A stretch of 64,000 nucleotides of DNA from an uncultured Gammaproteobacteria bacterium. GTDB taxonomy: Bacteria; Patescibacteriota; Patescibacteriia; S139-126. The notes below the pieces were generated by a model that was not told the DNA's origin, did no database searches, and was given only the letters and a program-made list of their open reading frames with translations. Position 1 is the stretch's first letter; every line of letters begins with the position of its first letter. Positions 25,798-36,442 of this stretch are shown piece by piece. The translations under genes were made by a program, and so were the position numbers. Location of the stretch: contig CAZUKA010000001.1 in the NCBI GenBank assembly GCA_964620905.1, positions 647,646 through 711,645 on the forward strand, read 5' to 3'.

Positions 25798-26514
25798 ATG
25801 TCAGGTCATTCCAAATGGGCAACAACCAAAAGACAAAAAGCAGTGGCTGATGCCAAAAAAGCCAATGCTTTTACCAAATTAGCCAATAGCTTAGCGGTGG
25901 CAGCCAAAGAAGGCGGAGCTGATCCGGATACAAATTTTAAACTTAAAATTGCCATTGACCGGGCCAAAGCCGCCAATATGCCAAAAAACAATATTGATCG
26001 TGCCATTGCTCGCGCAAGTGGTAAGTCAGATGATATTCAGCTAGAACAACTCACTTATGAAGGACTCGGGCCAGAAAAAATAGCTGTGATTATTGAAGCT
26101 ATCACTGACAATCGCAACCGAACGGTTTCCAATCTAAAACATGCTTTCAATAAACATGGCGGCCAACTAGCCAGCAACGGTTCCTTACTATGGATGTTTG
26201 ATCGGCGCGGTGTGATTGTCTGTACTTTAAAACCAGCCGCTTTAAACGAAGAACTACAACTTAAAATGATTGAGGGTGGAGCTGAAGATTGGGAACAACA
26301 TCAAGAAAAATTGATTATTTATTGCCAACCTAACAATTTACAATCCCTCAATAACCACTTACAAACTCTAAATTTAAATATCATTTCTAGTGAATTGGAA
26401 TATCTACCAAAAGAAACCATCCAAATAAAAGAAAAAGATAAATGGGATTCATTTCTGGCTGAATTAGAGCAAGATGACGATATACAAAATTATTACACTA
26501 ATGCCGATGGCTAA
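25798..26514 (+). CDS. yebC: YebC/PmpR-family protein
   Basis: MSGHSKWATTKRQK, YEGLGP, TDNRNRT. Confidence 0.95.
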   Translation: MSGHSKWATTKRQKAVADAKKANAFTKLANSLAVAAKEGGADPDTNFKLKIAIDRAKAANMPKNNIDRAIARASGKSDDIQLEQLTYEGLGPEKIAVIIEAITDNRNRTVSNLKHAFNKHGGQLASNGSLLWMFDRRGVIVCTLKPAALNEELQLKMIEGGAEDWEQHQEKLIIYCQPNNLQSLNNHLQTLNLNIISSELEYLPKETIQIKEKDKWDSFLAELEQDDDIQNYYTNADG

Positions 26515-27013
26515 AAACTTTACTATCATGGGAATTGATCCTGGTTATGGCTTGGTCGGCTATGGCTTAGTTCAAAAACAAAACGACCAACTGCTCTATC
26601 TTACTCATGGTGTAATTAAAACTAAGCCTAATTCTGACTTTACCGCTCGTCTACTTAAAATCCATTTGGAATTAAAAAAAATCATAAATCAATATCAACC
26701 ACAAATTTTGGCTATTGAAAGTTTATTTTTTCACAATAACGCCAAAACTGCTTTGCAAGTAGGTGAAGCTAGAGGGGTTATCATCCTTACTGCCAGTCAA
26801 GCAAATTTATCAGTCTATAATATTACTCCTTTGCAGGTCAAACAAGCTCTGGTCGGTCACGGTCGAGCAGAAAAAAAGCAAATCCAGAAAATGGTGCAGC
26901 TGGTTTTTAAACTACCAAAACTACCACAACCAGACGACGCGGCTGATGCTTTGGCAGTCGCTTATTGCGGAGCCCAATCATTAACCACCTGGCAATTAAA
27001 TGAAAAGTTATAA
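26507..27013 (+). CDS. ruvC: Holliday junction resolvase RuvC
   Basis: MGIDPG, AIESLFF, GEARGV, PDDAADALAVA; start chosen at MAKNF. Confidence 0.95.
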   Translation: MAKNFTIMGIDPGYGLVGYGLVQKQNDQLLYLTHGVIKTKPNSDFTARLLKIHLELKKIINQYQPQILAIESLFFHNNAKTALQVGEARGVIILTASQANLSVYNITPLQVKQALVGHGRAEKKQIQKMVQLVFKLPKLPQPDDAADALAVAYCGAQSLTTWQLNEKL

Positions 27014-28493
27014 ATCCAAACTAAAAATCATCTCCGTTTGTAGTGAAGTTGACCCTTTTGCCAAAACTGGTGGTATGGCTGACGTGGCAAAATCACTCCC
27101 TAAAGCCTTAAAAAAACAAGGACATTTACTTCGTTTGTTTATGCCTTTTTATGCTCAGCTTAATCCCTCGGAACACAAATTAAAATTGGTAGCAGACAAA
27201 ATTAATTTAGACCTAGATGAAAGTAAAAGTGTCAATTTTTCCATTTGGCAGGGCTGGTTAGAAGATGGGCTACCTATATATTTCATTTACGAACCAGAAT
27301 TTTTATCTAAAACCTACGATGATAGAGTTAAAGATAACACTATCTATTTTGGTGTTCCTGATAATTTACGTTTTTTAATTTTTGATTTGGCGGTTATAGA
27401 AAGTATTAAAATATTGGATATTAAACCTGATATTATTCAGTGTCACGACTGGCAAACAGGGCTCATACCTTATTTTTTAAAAAAACGTTTTGCTTCAGAA
27501 GAAAGGTTTGATGGAACTGCGACCATTTTTACTATTCACAATCTAACCTATCAGCTAGGTACTAACTGGTGGGAAATACCATCAGAAAAACGTGATGACG
27601 AAAGACAAGAACTTCCCTTATTTCAAGATACTGTCTCATGGCAAAAAATAAATTTTGCCAAACGGGGTATCGCCAATGCCGATTCTATCAATACTGTTTC
27701 AGAAAAATATGCAGAGGAAATTATGACCAAAAAATTTGGCAATGGCCTGCATGGTATTTTAAAACAAAAAAAACATCGGGTGTTTGGTATAGTCAATGGG
27801 ATTGATTATGCTGACTGGAATCCTTCCACTGATCCGGGTTTAGTTGCTAAATACGATTTTGACTCGCTAGTCAATAAAACAAAAAATAAATTACACTTAC
27901 AAGAATTGTTCGGCCTACCTAAAGATCCCAAAGTACCTTTGGTTGGCTGGACTTCACGACTGACAGAACAAAAAGGTATTGAACTAATTATTGAAATCAT
28001 TGAACCGTTATTGAGAATGGATATTCAAATGGTAATTTTGGGTGAAGGAGCAAAAAAATATACAGATTTTTTTCAAAAAATCAGTCGCCAACATCCAAAA
28101 AAAATTGCTGCTATTTTAGATTTTGACAATCAAAAAGAAACTATGGTGCTGGCTGGGGCAGACATCTTTCTACTACCCTCTCGCTTTGAACCGTGTGGAC
28201 TGGCTCAGCTGAAAAGCTTGCGTTATGGAGCTATTCCAGTAGTACACGCAGTAGGTGGGTTGGTAGACACCATTTCTGATTACAATCCCAAAACCGGCCG
28301 AGGTAATGGTTTTGTTTTTAAAAAATATGATTCGCGCGACCTGTTAATTGCTATCACCCGTGCTATTGTCAATCACCGTCACCGGGAAAGCTGGTTAAAA
28401 CTAGTCAGGCAAGCCATGCAACAGTCGTTTTCCTGGGAAATTCCAGCCCAAAAATATACTATGCTTTTCCGTCGAGCTTTAAGAAATAAATAA
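27000..28493 (+). CDS. glgA: Glycogen synthase (GT5), copy 1
   Basis: PFAKTGGMADV, CHDWQTG, TIHNL, PSRFEPCGL. Confidence 0.93.
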   Translation: MKSYKSKLKIISVCSEVDPFAKTGGMADVAKSLPKALKKQGHLLRLFMPFYAQLNPSEHKLKLVADKINLDLDESKSVNFSIWQGWLEDGLPIYFIYEPEFLSKTYDDRVKDNTIYFGVPDNLRFLIFDLAVIESIKILDIKPDIIQCHDWQTGLIPYFLKKRFASEERFDGTATIFTIHNLTYQLGTNWWEIPSEKRDDERQELPLFQDTVSWQKINFAKRGIANADSINTVSEKYAEEIMTKKFGNGLHGILKQKKHRVFGIVNGIDYADWNPSTDPGLVAKYDFDSLVNKTKNKLHLQELFGLPKDPKVPLVGWTSRLTEQKGIELIIEIIEPLLRMDIQMVILGEGAKKYTDFFQKISRQHPKKIAAILDFDNQKETMVLAGADIFLLPSRFEPCGLAQLKSLRYGAIPVVHAVGGLVDTISDYNPKTGRGNGFVFKKYDSRDLLIAITRAIVNHRHRESWLKLVRQAMQQSFSWEIPAQKYTMLFRRALRNK

Positions 28494-28502
28494 AATTTTT
28501 TT

Positions 28503-29654
28503 ATGTATTTTTGGGTAAATTTTTTACACTTTTATTTACCACCTACTACTGAAAAACAACAACTAGACGAAGCCGTGCAAAAAAGCTATGAGTGGATTTT
28601 ATTGATGGCAGAAAAATATCCCGATTGGCATTTTACTCTAAACATAACCGGTTGCCTAACAGAAGCTCTACATAAATATGGTTATAAAAAAATAGTTGAT
28701 CGTTTTTATGCTCTCATACAACGCGGTCAATTGGAATTAGTTGATTCTTTATCACACCACCCTATTGCTCCTTTGATTGAGACAAATATTATTCAGAGAC
28801 AAATAGAACAACAGCAAAAAATAAATGAAAATTTTTATGCAACTAAGCGCATGGGCTTTTTCCTACCAGAAATGGCTTACAACGAAAATGTTGGCAGATT
28901 GCTTGCTAAACAGAATTATGATTGGTTGATTTTAGATGAAATAAATTTCAAAGGTAAACTAAACAAAGTTGATTGGCAAAAAGCATATATTTTAAAAAAT
29001 AGTAATTTAAAAATTATTTTTCGCTCACGCGCATGGTCACTTGATTATCCACCCAGAAAAATTGCCAAGACTTTAGCTAAACACGACTTACCAAAATATA
29101 TAATCACCGCCACTGATGCTGAATTATACGGATTGCGCTTCAATGATTTTGAAGGTTGGCTAGGTCGAATCTTGGAAAACCCTAAAATTAAAACTCTTAC
29201 GGTCAGTCAGTACCTTCAGAAGCTGGCAACTTATAAATATATAAAACCACGAGCTGCTAATTGGGAAAGTCTAGAATTAGAATTAAAAAATAAATTCAAT
29301 TTTAGTCTGTGGCACGGTCAAAAAAATAAAATTCATAATCTACTTTGGCAATTAGCAAATTTGGCAACTTTAGAAATAAAAAAACATCCTAACGATGTAA
29401 ATTTTGACTGGGCTGTTAAACATTTAGACAATGGCTTGGCTAGTTGTACTTTTTGGTGGGCATCAAATAGAGATTTTAAACTGTTTGGCGCCCCAGCTTG
29501 GCACCCTGAAGAAGTAGAAAAGGGGGCATTAGAATTAATTAAAACTATCCGAACTCTCCAAACTAATAAAAGCACAAAATTAAAAGCAGAAAAAATTTAC
29601 CACCAATTAAAATACTTATTGTGGACAACTCACTGGCAAAAATATGGTCAATAA
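28503..29654 (+). CDS. GH57-family glycoside hydrolase
   Basis: LHFYLP, HHPIAPL, GFFLPEMAY, ATDAELYG, SCTFWW. Confidence 0.8.
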   Translation: MYFWVNFLHFYLPPTTEKQQLDEAVQKSYEWILLMAEKYPDWHFTLNITGCLTEALHKYGYKKIVDRFYALIQRGQLELVDSLSHHPIAPLIETNIIQRQIEQQQKINENFYATKRMGFFLPEMAYNENVGRLLAKQNYDWLILDEINFKGKLNKVDWQKAYILKNSNLKIIFRSRAWSLDYPPRKIAKTLAKHDLPKYIITATDAELYGLRFNDFEGWLGRILENPKIKTLTVSQYLQKLATYKYIKPRAANWESLELELKNKFNFSLWHGQKNKIHNLLWQLANLATLEIKKHPNDVNFDWAVKHLDNGLASCTFWWASNRDFKLFGAPAWHPEEVEKGALELIKTIRTLQTNKSTKLKAEKIYHQLKYLLWTTHWQKYGQ

Positions 29655-31701
29655 ATTTTCTTCTCAAATAATAAACTCGACCCTCCAAACAGTATTGATT
29701 AAGTATAATTTAAAACCTGGCTACCTAATGAGCACCAGTGGGGAATTTTTGGTTATGACCCTTAATCGCGGTCAGCAAAAATTTATTATCAAAATAATAT
29801 TAAATAAATCAGTAGCCGCCCAAAAAAAATTCAAAAATGAAGTTGCTATTTTAAAATTTTTACAAAATGTAAAAATTAGAGGTTTACTTACTCCTAAAAT
29901 TTATATCGCCAACACCAAAGTTTCTCCAAGCTATCTAATTTACAATTATATCAATGGTTATCCGTTAAATGATTTTTATATAAGTATTGGCCAACGTCTG
30001 ACCGAGAAATTTTTAGCAACTGATTTTATAAAAATACTAAATAATTTACAAAAAATAAAAATCCCCAAAAAAATTTCTTTACAAAAAAATTATCCCGCTG
30101 CCAATTTAAAAATGTTTAATACCAATTTACCTTATCTAAAAAAATATTTTAACCAAATATTCATTAAAAAAATTTATAGTTTACTTAGATTAAGAAAAAA
30201 ATTTTTAAACAGTCAACCTTTAAAATTGACTCACGGGGACATTAATCCCAAAAACCTAGTGTTAGATCAAAAAAATTTAGCTATAATCGATTGGTCAGAA
30301 GTTCATTTAAATAATCCTTTATTTGATTTGAGTAATTTGTATTTATTTGCTTGGAATAGACCAAATATTAGAGAGGTAATTAGACAATTTATTCTCAATG
30401 AATGTTTACACCTAACTAATCCTTATCACTTATTCTTATTGAACCGATTAATTCTACTGCCACGAAATATTCGGATTATGGAAAATTCTTTGTCTGGTCT
30501 GGCTTTAGACAAAAAAAATAAAAAAATCTTGCCAATCACAGAAAAAAAATTAAAAAAGGTTGCCAACTTAGCCATTCAAAATTATTTAGCTGAAATTAAT
30601 TGGTTGGTTGAATATCTAGAACTATGGCAAAAACCAAAGTCAATCGCTAAAACAATCGAAAAACTTTATCATTTGCCCACGGCTATCGAGTTTATGTTTT
30701 CACACCAAAAAAAAATGGGCTTGGGTAATGACTGGCAACTTAAAAAAATAACTACTCATCGTCTTACAGTTCGACGTGGTGATCAAAAATTTATTGCTGA
30801 ATTTACTTTTCAAAAAAGGAAAAAAATAAAAACAATAATGGGTAAAATACGCATGGAAAGAAACGACGACTTAGCTAGACAGTCATACCAAATAATAAAA
30901 ACTATTTGGGAAATACCTGCTGGAAAAAAACTGATCAGTCGTCCTTTGTATTATTTTTCAAAGGACCATTTGTACGTTTATGAAAAAACCTTAGGCCAGT
31001 CTTTGACCAATTTTATTGAGATTAAAACCAATCAAAACCAACTTTCCTTGTCACCACTAATAAAAAAATCTGCCAAGATTATGTCGCGTTTACACCAACT
31101 TCCCATAAATCATTTTGCCAAAGTAAAATTTTATAATAACTATGATTTAAATCAACAACTTTATTGGCTCGAAAAAAATATTAAAAAAAATAAAAAATTT
31201 TTTTCCTCAAAAAATATCAATTTTTTAAATAATCTAAAAAAATTACATGAAGACATCTCCCAACAAAGAGCCAATAAACGATCCTTTATTCACGGTGATT
31301 ACCAACTACAAAATCTTATCTTAGATCACCTGCGTCTGCGTCTAATAGACTTTGATAACGCTGAAATAAATGATCCGTTAATTGACGTGGGAAATTTTCT
31401 CAATCAAATAAACTATAAAAATTTGCTTTATAAAAATTCTCACTACCTACGTACCCTTTTTTTAAAAACTTATCTAGATTTAACCAAACAAAAACTTGAT
31501 GATGTTTTAATTCTTTGTATAAATTTTTATATAATTATGGGAACGGTCAAAAATATAAATTTAAACTTTTTGGAAAATAAACCTGACTTAGTGACTTATG
31601 ATATAAAAAAAATCCAATATTTATATCGTCATTTAAAGATTAATCCTTTGGATAATTTACGAAACGTAAAAATAATATTGACCAAATCTCTAAAAAATTA
31701 A
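29644..31701 (+). CDS. Tandem two-domain APH/choline-kinase-family phosphotransferase
   Basis: HGDINPKN...IIDW and HGDYQLQN...LIDF. Confidence 0.8.
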   Translation: MVNKFSSQIINSTLQTVLIKYNLKPGYLMSTSGEFLVMTLNRGQQKFIIKIILNKSVAAQKKFKNEVAILKFLQNVKIRGLLTPKIYIANTKVSPSYLIYNYINGYPLNDFYISIGQRLTEKFLATDFIKILNNLQKIKIPKKISLQKNYPAANLKMFNTNLPYLKKYFNQIFIKKIYSLLRLRKKFLNSQPLKLTHGDINPKNLVLDQKNLAIIDWSEVHLNNPLFDLSNLYLFAWNRPNIREVIRQFILNECLHLTNPYHLFLLNRLILLPRNIRIMENSLSGLALDKKNKKILPITEKKLKKVANLAIQNYLAEINWLVEYLELWQKPKSIAKTIEKLYHLPTAIEFMFSHQKKMGLGNDWQLKKITTHRLTVRRGDQKFIAEFTFQKRKKIKTIMGKIRMERNDDLARQSYQIIKTIWEIPAGKKLISRPLYYFSKDHLYVYEKTLGQSLTNFIEIKTNQNQLSLSPLIKKSAKIMSRLHQLPINHFAKVKFYNNYDLNQQLYWLEKNIKKNKKFFSSKNINFLNNLKKLHEDISQQRANKRSFIHGDYQLQNLILDHLRLRLIDFDNAEINDPLIDVGNFLNQINYKNLLYKNSHYLRTLFLKTYLDLTKQKLDDVLILCINFYIIMGTVKNINLNFLENKPDLVTYDIKKIQYLYRHLKINPLDNLRNVKIILTKSLKN

Positions 31702-31710
31702 TCTTAAAGA

Positions 31711-32658
31711 ATGGTAAAAAACTTAGCCTGGTTAAAAAATTTTCTTTTAAGAAAAAAATTATTAAAAAATTACAAAATCAATCCCTTGGCAGTTGGTAAT
31801 AATTACTACGTTTTTACTGCCTGTCGACAAAATAAAAAATATACCATTAGAGTCGGGAAATCAACTGCTCCGAAAATAAATTTAACTCGTCAATTTGTTT
31901 TTTTGAGTTATTTACAAAATAAAAATATAAATTTTGCACCGGCGCCGCTTTATTTTAATAAAAAATACAATTTATTTATCTGCCAATTTATCACTGGAAA
32001 AAATTTGGTTCAAAAAAAAATAAATAAAAAAATTTTATACCAACTGGCGACAAAATTGGCAACCCTTCATCGGCTGACTTATCAAGATTTTAAAAATTTT
32101 TGTCTTTCAAATACGTTACCAGTTTTTCAATCAGAAAAACCCTGGGAAAATATAAATATTTACGGTTGGAAAAGATTTAGATATATTAAACTTCACTGTC
32201 CAGAAAAAAATTTTGTAAAATGGATTGAACCAAAACTAGAAAAAAGTAGCGAAGAGATTAAAAAAATTCCTTTAAATAAATATTCTGTTATTTTAGATCA
32301 TGGTGATATTAGCCGGGCCAATATTTTGCTTTACAAAAATAAAATGACTTTTATTGATTGGGCCAATGTGCGCTTCTTATATAGTCTTGACCACAAATTA
32401 ACTTATTTGTTTGAACATGCCTTTTTTTCACCTACTGAACAAAAACAGTTTCTCGATTGTTATCTCAATTTACTTCCTTTTATAAAACCAACTAAGTTGG
32501 AAATGCTAATTAAAAAAGAGAGGGCGGCATTAAGAATAAGGGATGTTATTTGGAGCACTTACATGTATACTAAAAGTGTTATCAATAAATCGCCTGACTT
32601 TAAAAAATACAAAAAAATGACCTTAAGTAGAATTAAAAATTATGAAAAAAACCTCTAA
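31711..32658 (+). CDS. APH/choline-kinase-family phosphotransferase
   Basis: LATLH, HGDISRAN, FIDW. Confidence 0.8.
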   Translation: MVKNLAWLKNFLLRKKLLKNYKINPLAVGNNYYVFTACRQNKKYTIRVGKSTAPKINLTRQFVFLSYLQNKNINFAPAPLYFNKKYNLFICQFITGKNLVQKKINKKILYQLATKLATLHRLTYQDFKNFCLSNTLPVFQSEKPWENINIYGWKRFRYIKLHCPEKNFVKWIEPKLEKSSEEIKKIPLNKYSVILDHGDISRANILLYKNKMTFIDWANVRFLYSLDHKLTYLFEHAFFSPTEQKQFLDCYLNLLPFIKPTKLEMLIKKERAALRIRDVIWSTYMYTKSVINKSPDFKKYKKMTLSRIKNYEKNL

Positions 32659-33415
32659 AAAAAATGTTATTATTACTGGTTCGGAAGGTTTAATTGGTAA
32701 AATTTTATGCCAAGGGTTAGTAAATTATAATCTCTATAAACTAGATAAAATTAAAAAAAACGGATCAAACTATTATCAAACTGATATCGCCAATAAACAG
32801 CAGTTATTGAAAGCTATCGAAAAAATAAAAACAAAAATTAATTGTATAGTCCACCTGGCAGCTGCAAGTGGAATTTATTCATCTTGGCAACAAATTCTAA
32901 AGAGCAATATAATTGGAACAAATAATATTTATGAAATCGCTAAAGAAAAAGATATAAAAAAAATAGTTTTCTTTAGTACCAATCATATTACTGGCGGATA
33001 TGAAGGTAACCCTCGTTCCTTACATCTAAAAAAGAAAAAAAACTTAATTACCACAAAACACGCGATGCGCCCTGACAGTTATTATGCGGTGAGTAAAATT
33101 TTTGGTGAAGCTTTGGCGCGTATGTATTATGAACAATATCAAATTTCTACTATTTGTTTGAGAATTGGAAATGTTATTACAAATGATGATCCGCGTGATT
33201 ATTCTCGTTCGGAAAGCATCTGGCTTAGCCACCGCGATTTAATTTGTTTAACTGACCGAGCTATTAAGGCAGCTGTGGGATTTGGAATATATTATGGTAT
33301 TTCCAATAATACCAAAAAAATTTGGGAGATTAATAATACTATCAAAGAACTAGGTTATAAACCAAAAGACAATGCGAGTAAAAAAATTAACTATCTAAAT
33401 AAACATGAGCAATAA
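32642..33415 (+). CDS. NAD-dependent epimerase/dehydrogenase (uronate-dehydrogenase-like SDR)
   Basis: ITGSEGLIG, VHLAA, FSTNH, PDSYYAVSK, LRIG, WLSHRD. Confidence 0.85.
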   Translation: MKKTSKKNVIITGSEGLIGKILCQGLVNYNLYKLDKIKKNGSNYYQTDIANKQQLLKAIEKIKTKINCIVHLAAASGIYSSWQQILKSNIIGTNNIYEIAKEKDIKKIVFFSTNHITGGYEGNPRSLHLKKKKNLITTKHAMRPDSYYAVSKIFGEALARMYYEQYQISTICLRIGNVITNDDPRDYSRSESIWLSHRDLICLTDRAIKAAVGFGIYYGISNNTKKIWEINNTIKELGYKPKDNASKKINYLNKHEQ

Positions 33416-34841
33416 AAAAATTAAAATTCTCTTAACCGCAGCTGAATGTACGCCGTTTGCTAAGGTTGGGGGTTTAGCTGATGTGATTGGGTCACTACCC
33501 AAAGAAATATATAAACGAAGGTATAAAATTGATGTTATTCTCCCTTTATATGGAAATATTGATACAAAATTTTTTGCTATTCATAATAATCATAAATATT
33601 TTTTTATAAATTTTTCTAACCAAAAAGAAAAAATTGAAATTTTTACCTCTTATTTACCAAAAAGCAAAGTGCGAATATTATTTTTAAAAAACAATAAATT
33701 TTTATCAACCAATGAAGTATATATCAACACCAGTGGTACAGAAAATCAAAAAAGGTTTACTTTTTTTTCACTAGCAGTAAAAGAATTTATTAAGCAATTA
33801 AAAAATAAAAATATAATTTTACATTGCCACGATTGGCACACGGGTTTACTTCCTTACTTAATAAAAAACGACCGAGAGACTAGATCAATCAAAACTATAT
33901 TTACCATTCACAATATCGCCAATCAAGGAATCTGGGATACAAGAGATGCACAAAAATTTGGCCTTGACTTTGCCAATCGGTTTGAAGAAAAAATAAATTT
34001 TATGGAAATAGGTATAACTTTTGCTGATCATGTTACCACTGTCAGCCAAACCTATGCCAAAGAAATTATGACCAAAAAATTTGGTTATAATCTAGCGCCA
34101 TTACTGCGACGACAACGACAAAAAGTAAGTGGCGTCTTAAATGGTATTGATACGGATGAATTTAATCCTCAAACTGATCGTTTGATTTACAAAAATTTTA
34201 ATGCCACCTACCTAAACAACAAAACTTTCAATAAGTTAAAACTTCAACAAGACTTTGGCTGGAAAAAAAATACTAAAACACCTTTACTAGGTGTGATATC
34301 ACGTTTGTTTGAACAAAAAGGATTAGATTGGTTGGCTCAAATTATGCCAAAAATCGCTCAACACAATATACAGCTTGTAGTTTTGGGAACTGGCGATAGA
34401 CAATTGGAAAAAACTTTTAAACAATTGGAAAAAATATATCCAAATAAACTCCGTGCAATTATAGATTTTCAACCAATATTAGCACAAAAAATATATGCGG
34501 CTAGTGATATATTTTTAGTTCCTTCCCGTTTTGAACCGTGCGGATTAACTCAAATGATAGCCATGCGCTATGGCACTGTGCCAATTGTCAGATCGACCGG
34601 AGGTTTAAAAGATACAGTAAAACAATACCAAAAAAACAAAAATAAAATTACTGGTACGGGTTTTGTTTTTAAACAAGAAAAACCCCAAGCTTTATACCTA
34701 GCAATTGTCAAAGCTCTAAAAGTGTACAATAATAAAAATAACTGGGGCAGTTTACAAAAAAACTGTATGCGGCAAGATTTTTCCTGGAAAAAGTCTGCCC
34801 AAGAATACATTGCTCTCTATAAACAACTAATAAAAGAATAG
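33405..34841 (+). CDS. glgA: Glycogen synthase (GT5), copy 2
   Basis: PFAKVGGLADV, HCHDWHTG, PSRFEPCGLTQMIAMRYG. Confidence 0.92.
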   Translation: MSNKKIKILLTAAECTPFAKVGGLADVIGSLPKEIYKRRYKIDVILPLYGNIDTKFFAIHNNHKYFFINFSNQKEKIEIFTSYLPKSKVRILFLKNNKFLSTNEVYINTSGTENQKRFTFFSLAVKEFIKQLKNKNIILHCHDWHTGLLPYLIKNDRETRSIKTIFTIHNIANQGIWDTRDAQKFGLDFANRFEEKINFMEIGITFADHVTTVSQTYAKEIMTKKFGYNLAPLLRRQRQKVSGVLNGIDTDEFNPQTDRLIYKNFNATYLNNKTFNKLKLQQDFGWKKNTKTPLLGVISRLFEQKGLDWLAQIMPKIAQHNIQLVVLGTGDRQLEKTFKQLEKIYPNKLRAIIDFQPILAQKIYAASDIFLVPSRFEPCGLTQMIAMRYGTVPIVRSTGGLKDTVKQYQKNKNKITGTGFVFKQEKPQALYLAIVKALKVYNNKNNWGSLQKNCMRQDFSWKKSAQEYIALYKQLIKE

Positions 34842-34847
34842 TCTGCC

Positions 34848-35783
34848 ATGCCAATTGTTTACGATCATAAAACTCAAATTAGAAAAGATTATTTTTTAGA
34901 TCGCTATGTCATCATTACCCCGGCTCGTACTAAACGTCCACGCGATATTACCGAAACTTCACACCGCGAACCGGGTCAAGCTTGCGTATTGTGTCCTAAT
35001 ACGTTAGAAAAAAATCTAATAACCGATCGTCTAGGCGGCAAAAAAAACTGGCAAGTTATTTCTATACTAAATAAATTTCCTGCCGTGGCTCTTTCCAATC
35101 CTCAAGCTTATGGTCAACAAGAAGTAGTGGTGGAAACGCCTATTCACGGCCGTGAACTGGGTGACATGAGTCACCAGGAAATTCTAAAAATTCTTGAAAT
35201 GTATCGTCGTCGCACAAAAAAATTAAGCTCTCTTAAAGACGTTGATTATATTTTAATATTCAAAAATATGGGTGGGCCGGCTGGTGCTTCTTTGTTGCAT
35301 GCCCACTCACAAATCTTTGCCAGCAAAAAAACTCCACCCGACGTTTTTCATGAACTAGATAAAGCCCAAGAATACAAAATAAGACACGGACGAAGTGTTT
35401 ATGAAGATATTATTAAAAAAGAACAAAAATCTCCTCGCTTTGTTTGGAGCGACAAAAATGTTTTGGTATTTTGTCCTTTTGCCTCCTTATATCACTACGA
35501 AGCTTGGATTTTTCCTTTTAAACGACGAGATAATATTACCGAGTTAACTAAAAGTGAACTTGGGTCTTTAGCCAAAGCTTTGAAACTAATTTTGGGTAGG
35601 CTTAATAAATTCAACATCCCTTATAATTTTTTTATGCATCAATCAATCCCTGATCAAGGGCAACACTTTTATATAAAAATCCAACCTCGCGAATCAATCT
35701 GGGCAGGACTAGAGCTAGGTGCCGGGTTAGTAATCAATTCTATTTCCCCCGAAGCAGCCGCCCGCTTTTACAAGAAAAAATAA
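34848..35783 (+). CDS. GalT-like nucleotidyltransferase (HIT superfamily)
   Basis: RTKRP, CVLCP, NKFPA, AGASLLHAHSQI. Confidence 0.85.
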   Translation: MPIVYDHKTQIRKDYFLDRYVIITPARTKRPRDITETSHREPGQACVLCPNTLEKNLITDRLGGKKNWQVISILNKFPAVALSNPQAYGQQEVVVETPIHGRELGDMSHQEILKILEMYRRRTKKLSSLKDVDYILIFKNMGGPAGASLLHAHSQIFASKKTPPDVFHELDKAQEYKIRHGRSVYEDIIKKEQKSPRFVWSDKNVLVFCPFASLYHYEAWIFPFKRRDNITELTKSELGSLAKALKLILGRLNKFNIPYNFFMHQSIPDQGQHFYIKIQPRESIWAGLELGAGLVINSISPEAAARFYKKK

Positions 35784-35812
35784 TACCGGACTGATATAAA
35801 AAACCTCTCTGT

Positions 35813-36385
35813 TTAGAGAGGTTTGTTTTTTTCAGCCAAAATCTTGAAGCTGTAGTTTATTATGCAGGAAATATTTAGAACTAAAGTTACTAAAATAAGT
35901 ATGGTGTTTATTTGTTGGTCAAATTCAAATAATCGACTGGGGTTGTTTTCACTTGTAGTATAATAAAAACCTATTAATACCAATAAAGCAATTAAAGAAA
36001 TTCGACCAAGGTGGTCAGAGGCAGGCAGATAATCTACGTATAAATGAGATAAGCATGCACCCACGGTGAGGATTGAAAAATAAGCAATTACCCACCAAAA
36101 AGCATAGGTTGGTACATAGTCATGGTAAGAAAATATAATTAAAGTACTGAAAAAAATCAACTTGTCTCTGATAGTATCTAAGAGTCGTCTGCTATAATTT
36201 TCTTCATCCAAAAGAACTGCTAACCCACCATCTAACAAATCAACCAATACCGACAGGGTTGACCACAAATAAAAATCAAATTTACCAACGGTTTTTAAAA
36301 CCAGTGGCCAAAGTAAAAACCCTAACAGGGTAATAGCCGTGGAAATATTCCAGGGCAACTTTCTTATTTCGCCAATCAAGCTCAT
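35813..36385 (-). CDS. CDP-alcohol phosphatidyltransferase family protein
   Basis: DLLDGGLA...LLDTIRDK variant of D-x2-DG-x2-AR...D-x3-D; multiple TMs; GGAGG SD. Confidence 0.7.
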   Translation of the reverse strand: MSLIGEIRKLPWNISTAITLLGFLLWPLVLKTVGKFDFYLWSTLSVLVDLLDGGLAVLLDEENYSRRLLDTIRDKLIFFSTLIIFSYHDYVPTYAFWWVIAYFSILTVGACLSHLYVDYLPASDHLGRISLIALLVLIGFYYTTSENNPSRLFEFDQQINTILILVTLVLNISCIINYSFKILAEKNKPL

Positions 36386-36442
36386 TTCGCCTCCGTAATC
36401 TGTTTTAAAGAACTATTAATTAATCAAAAATTATAACAAAAA

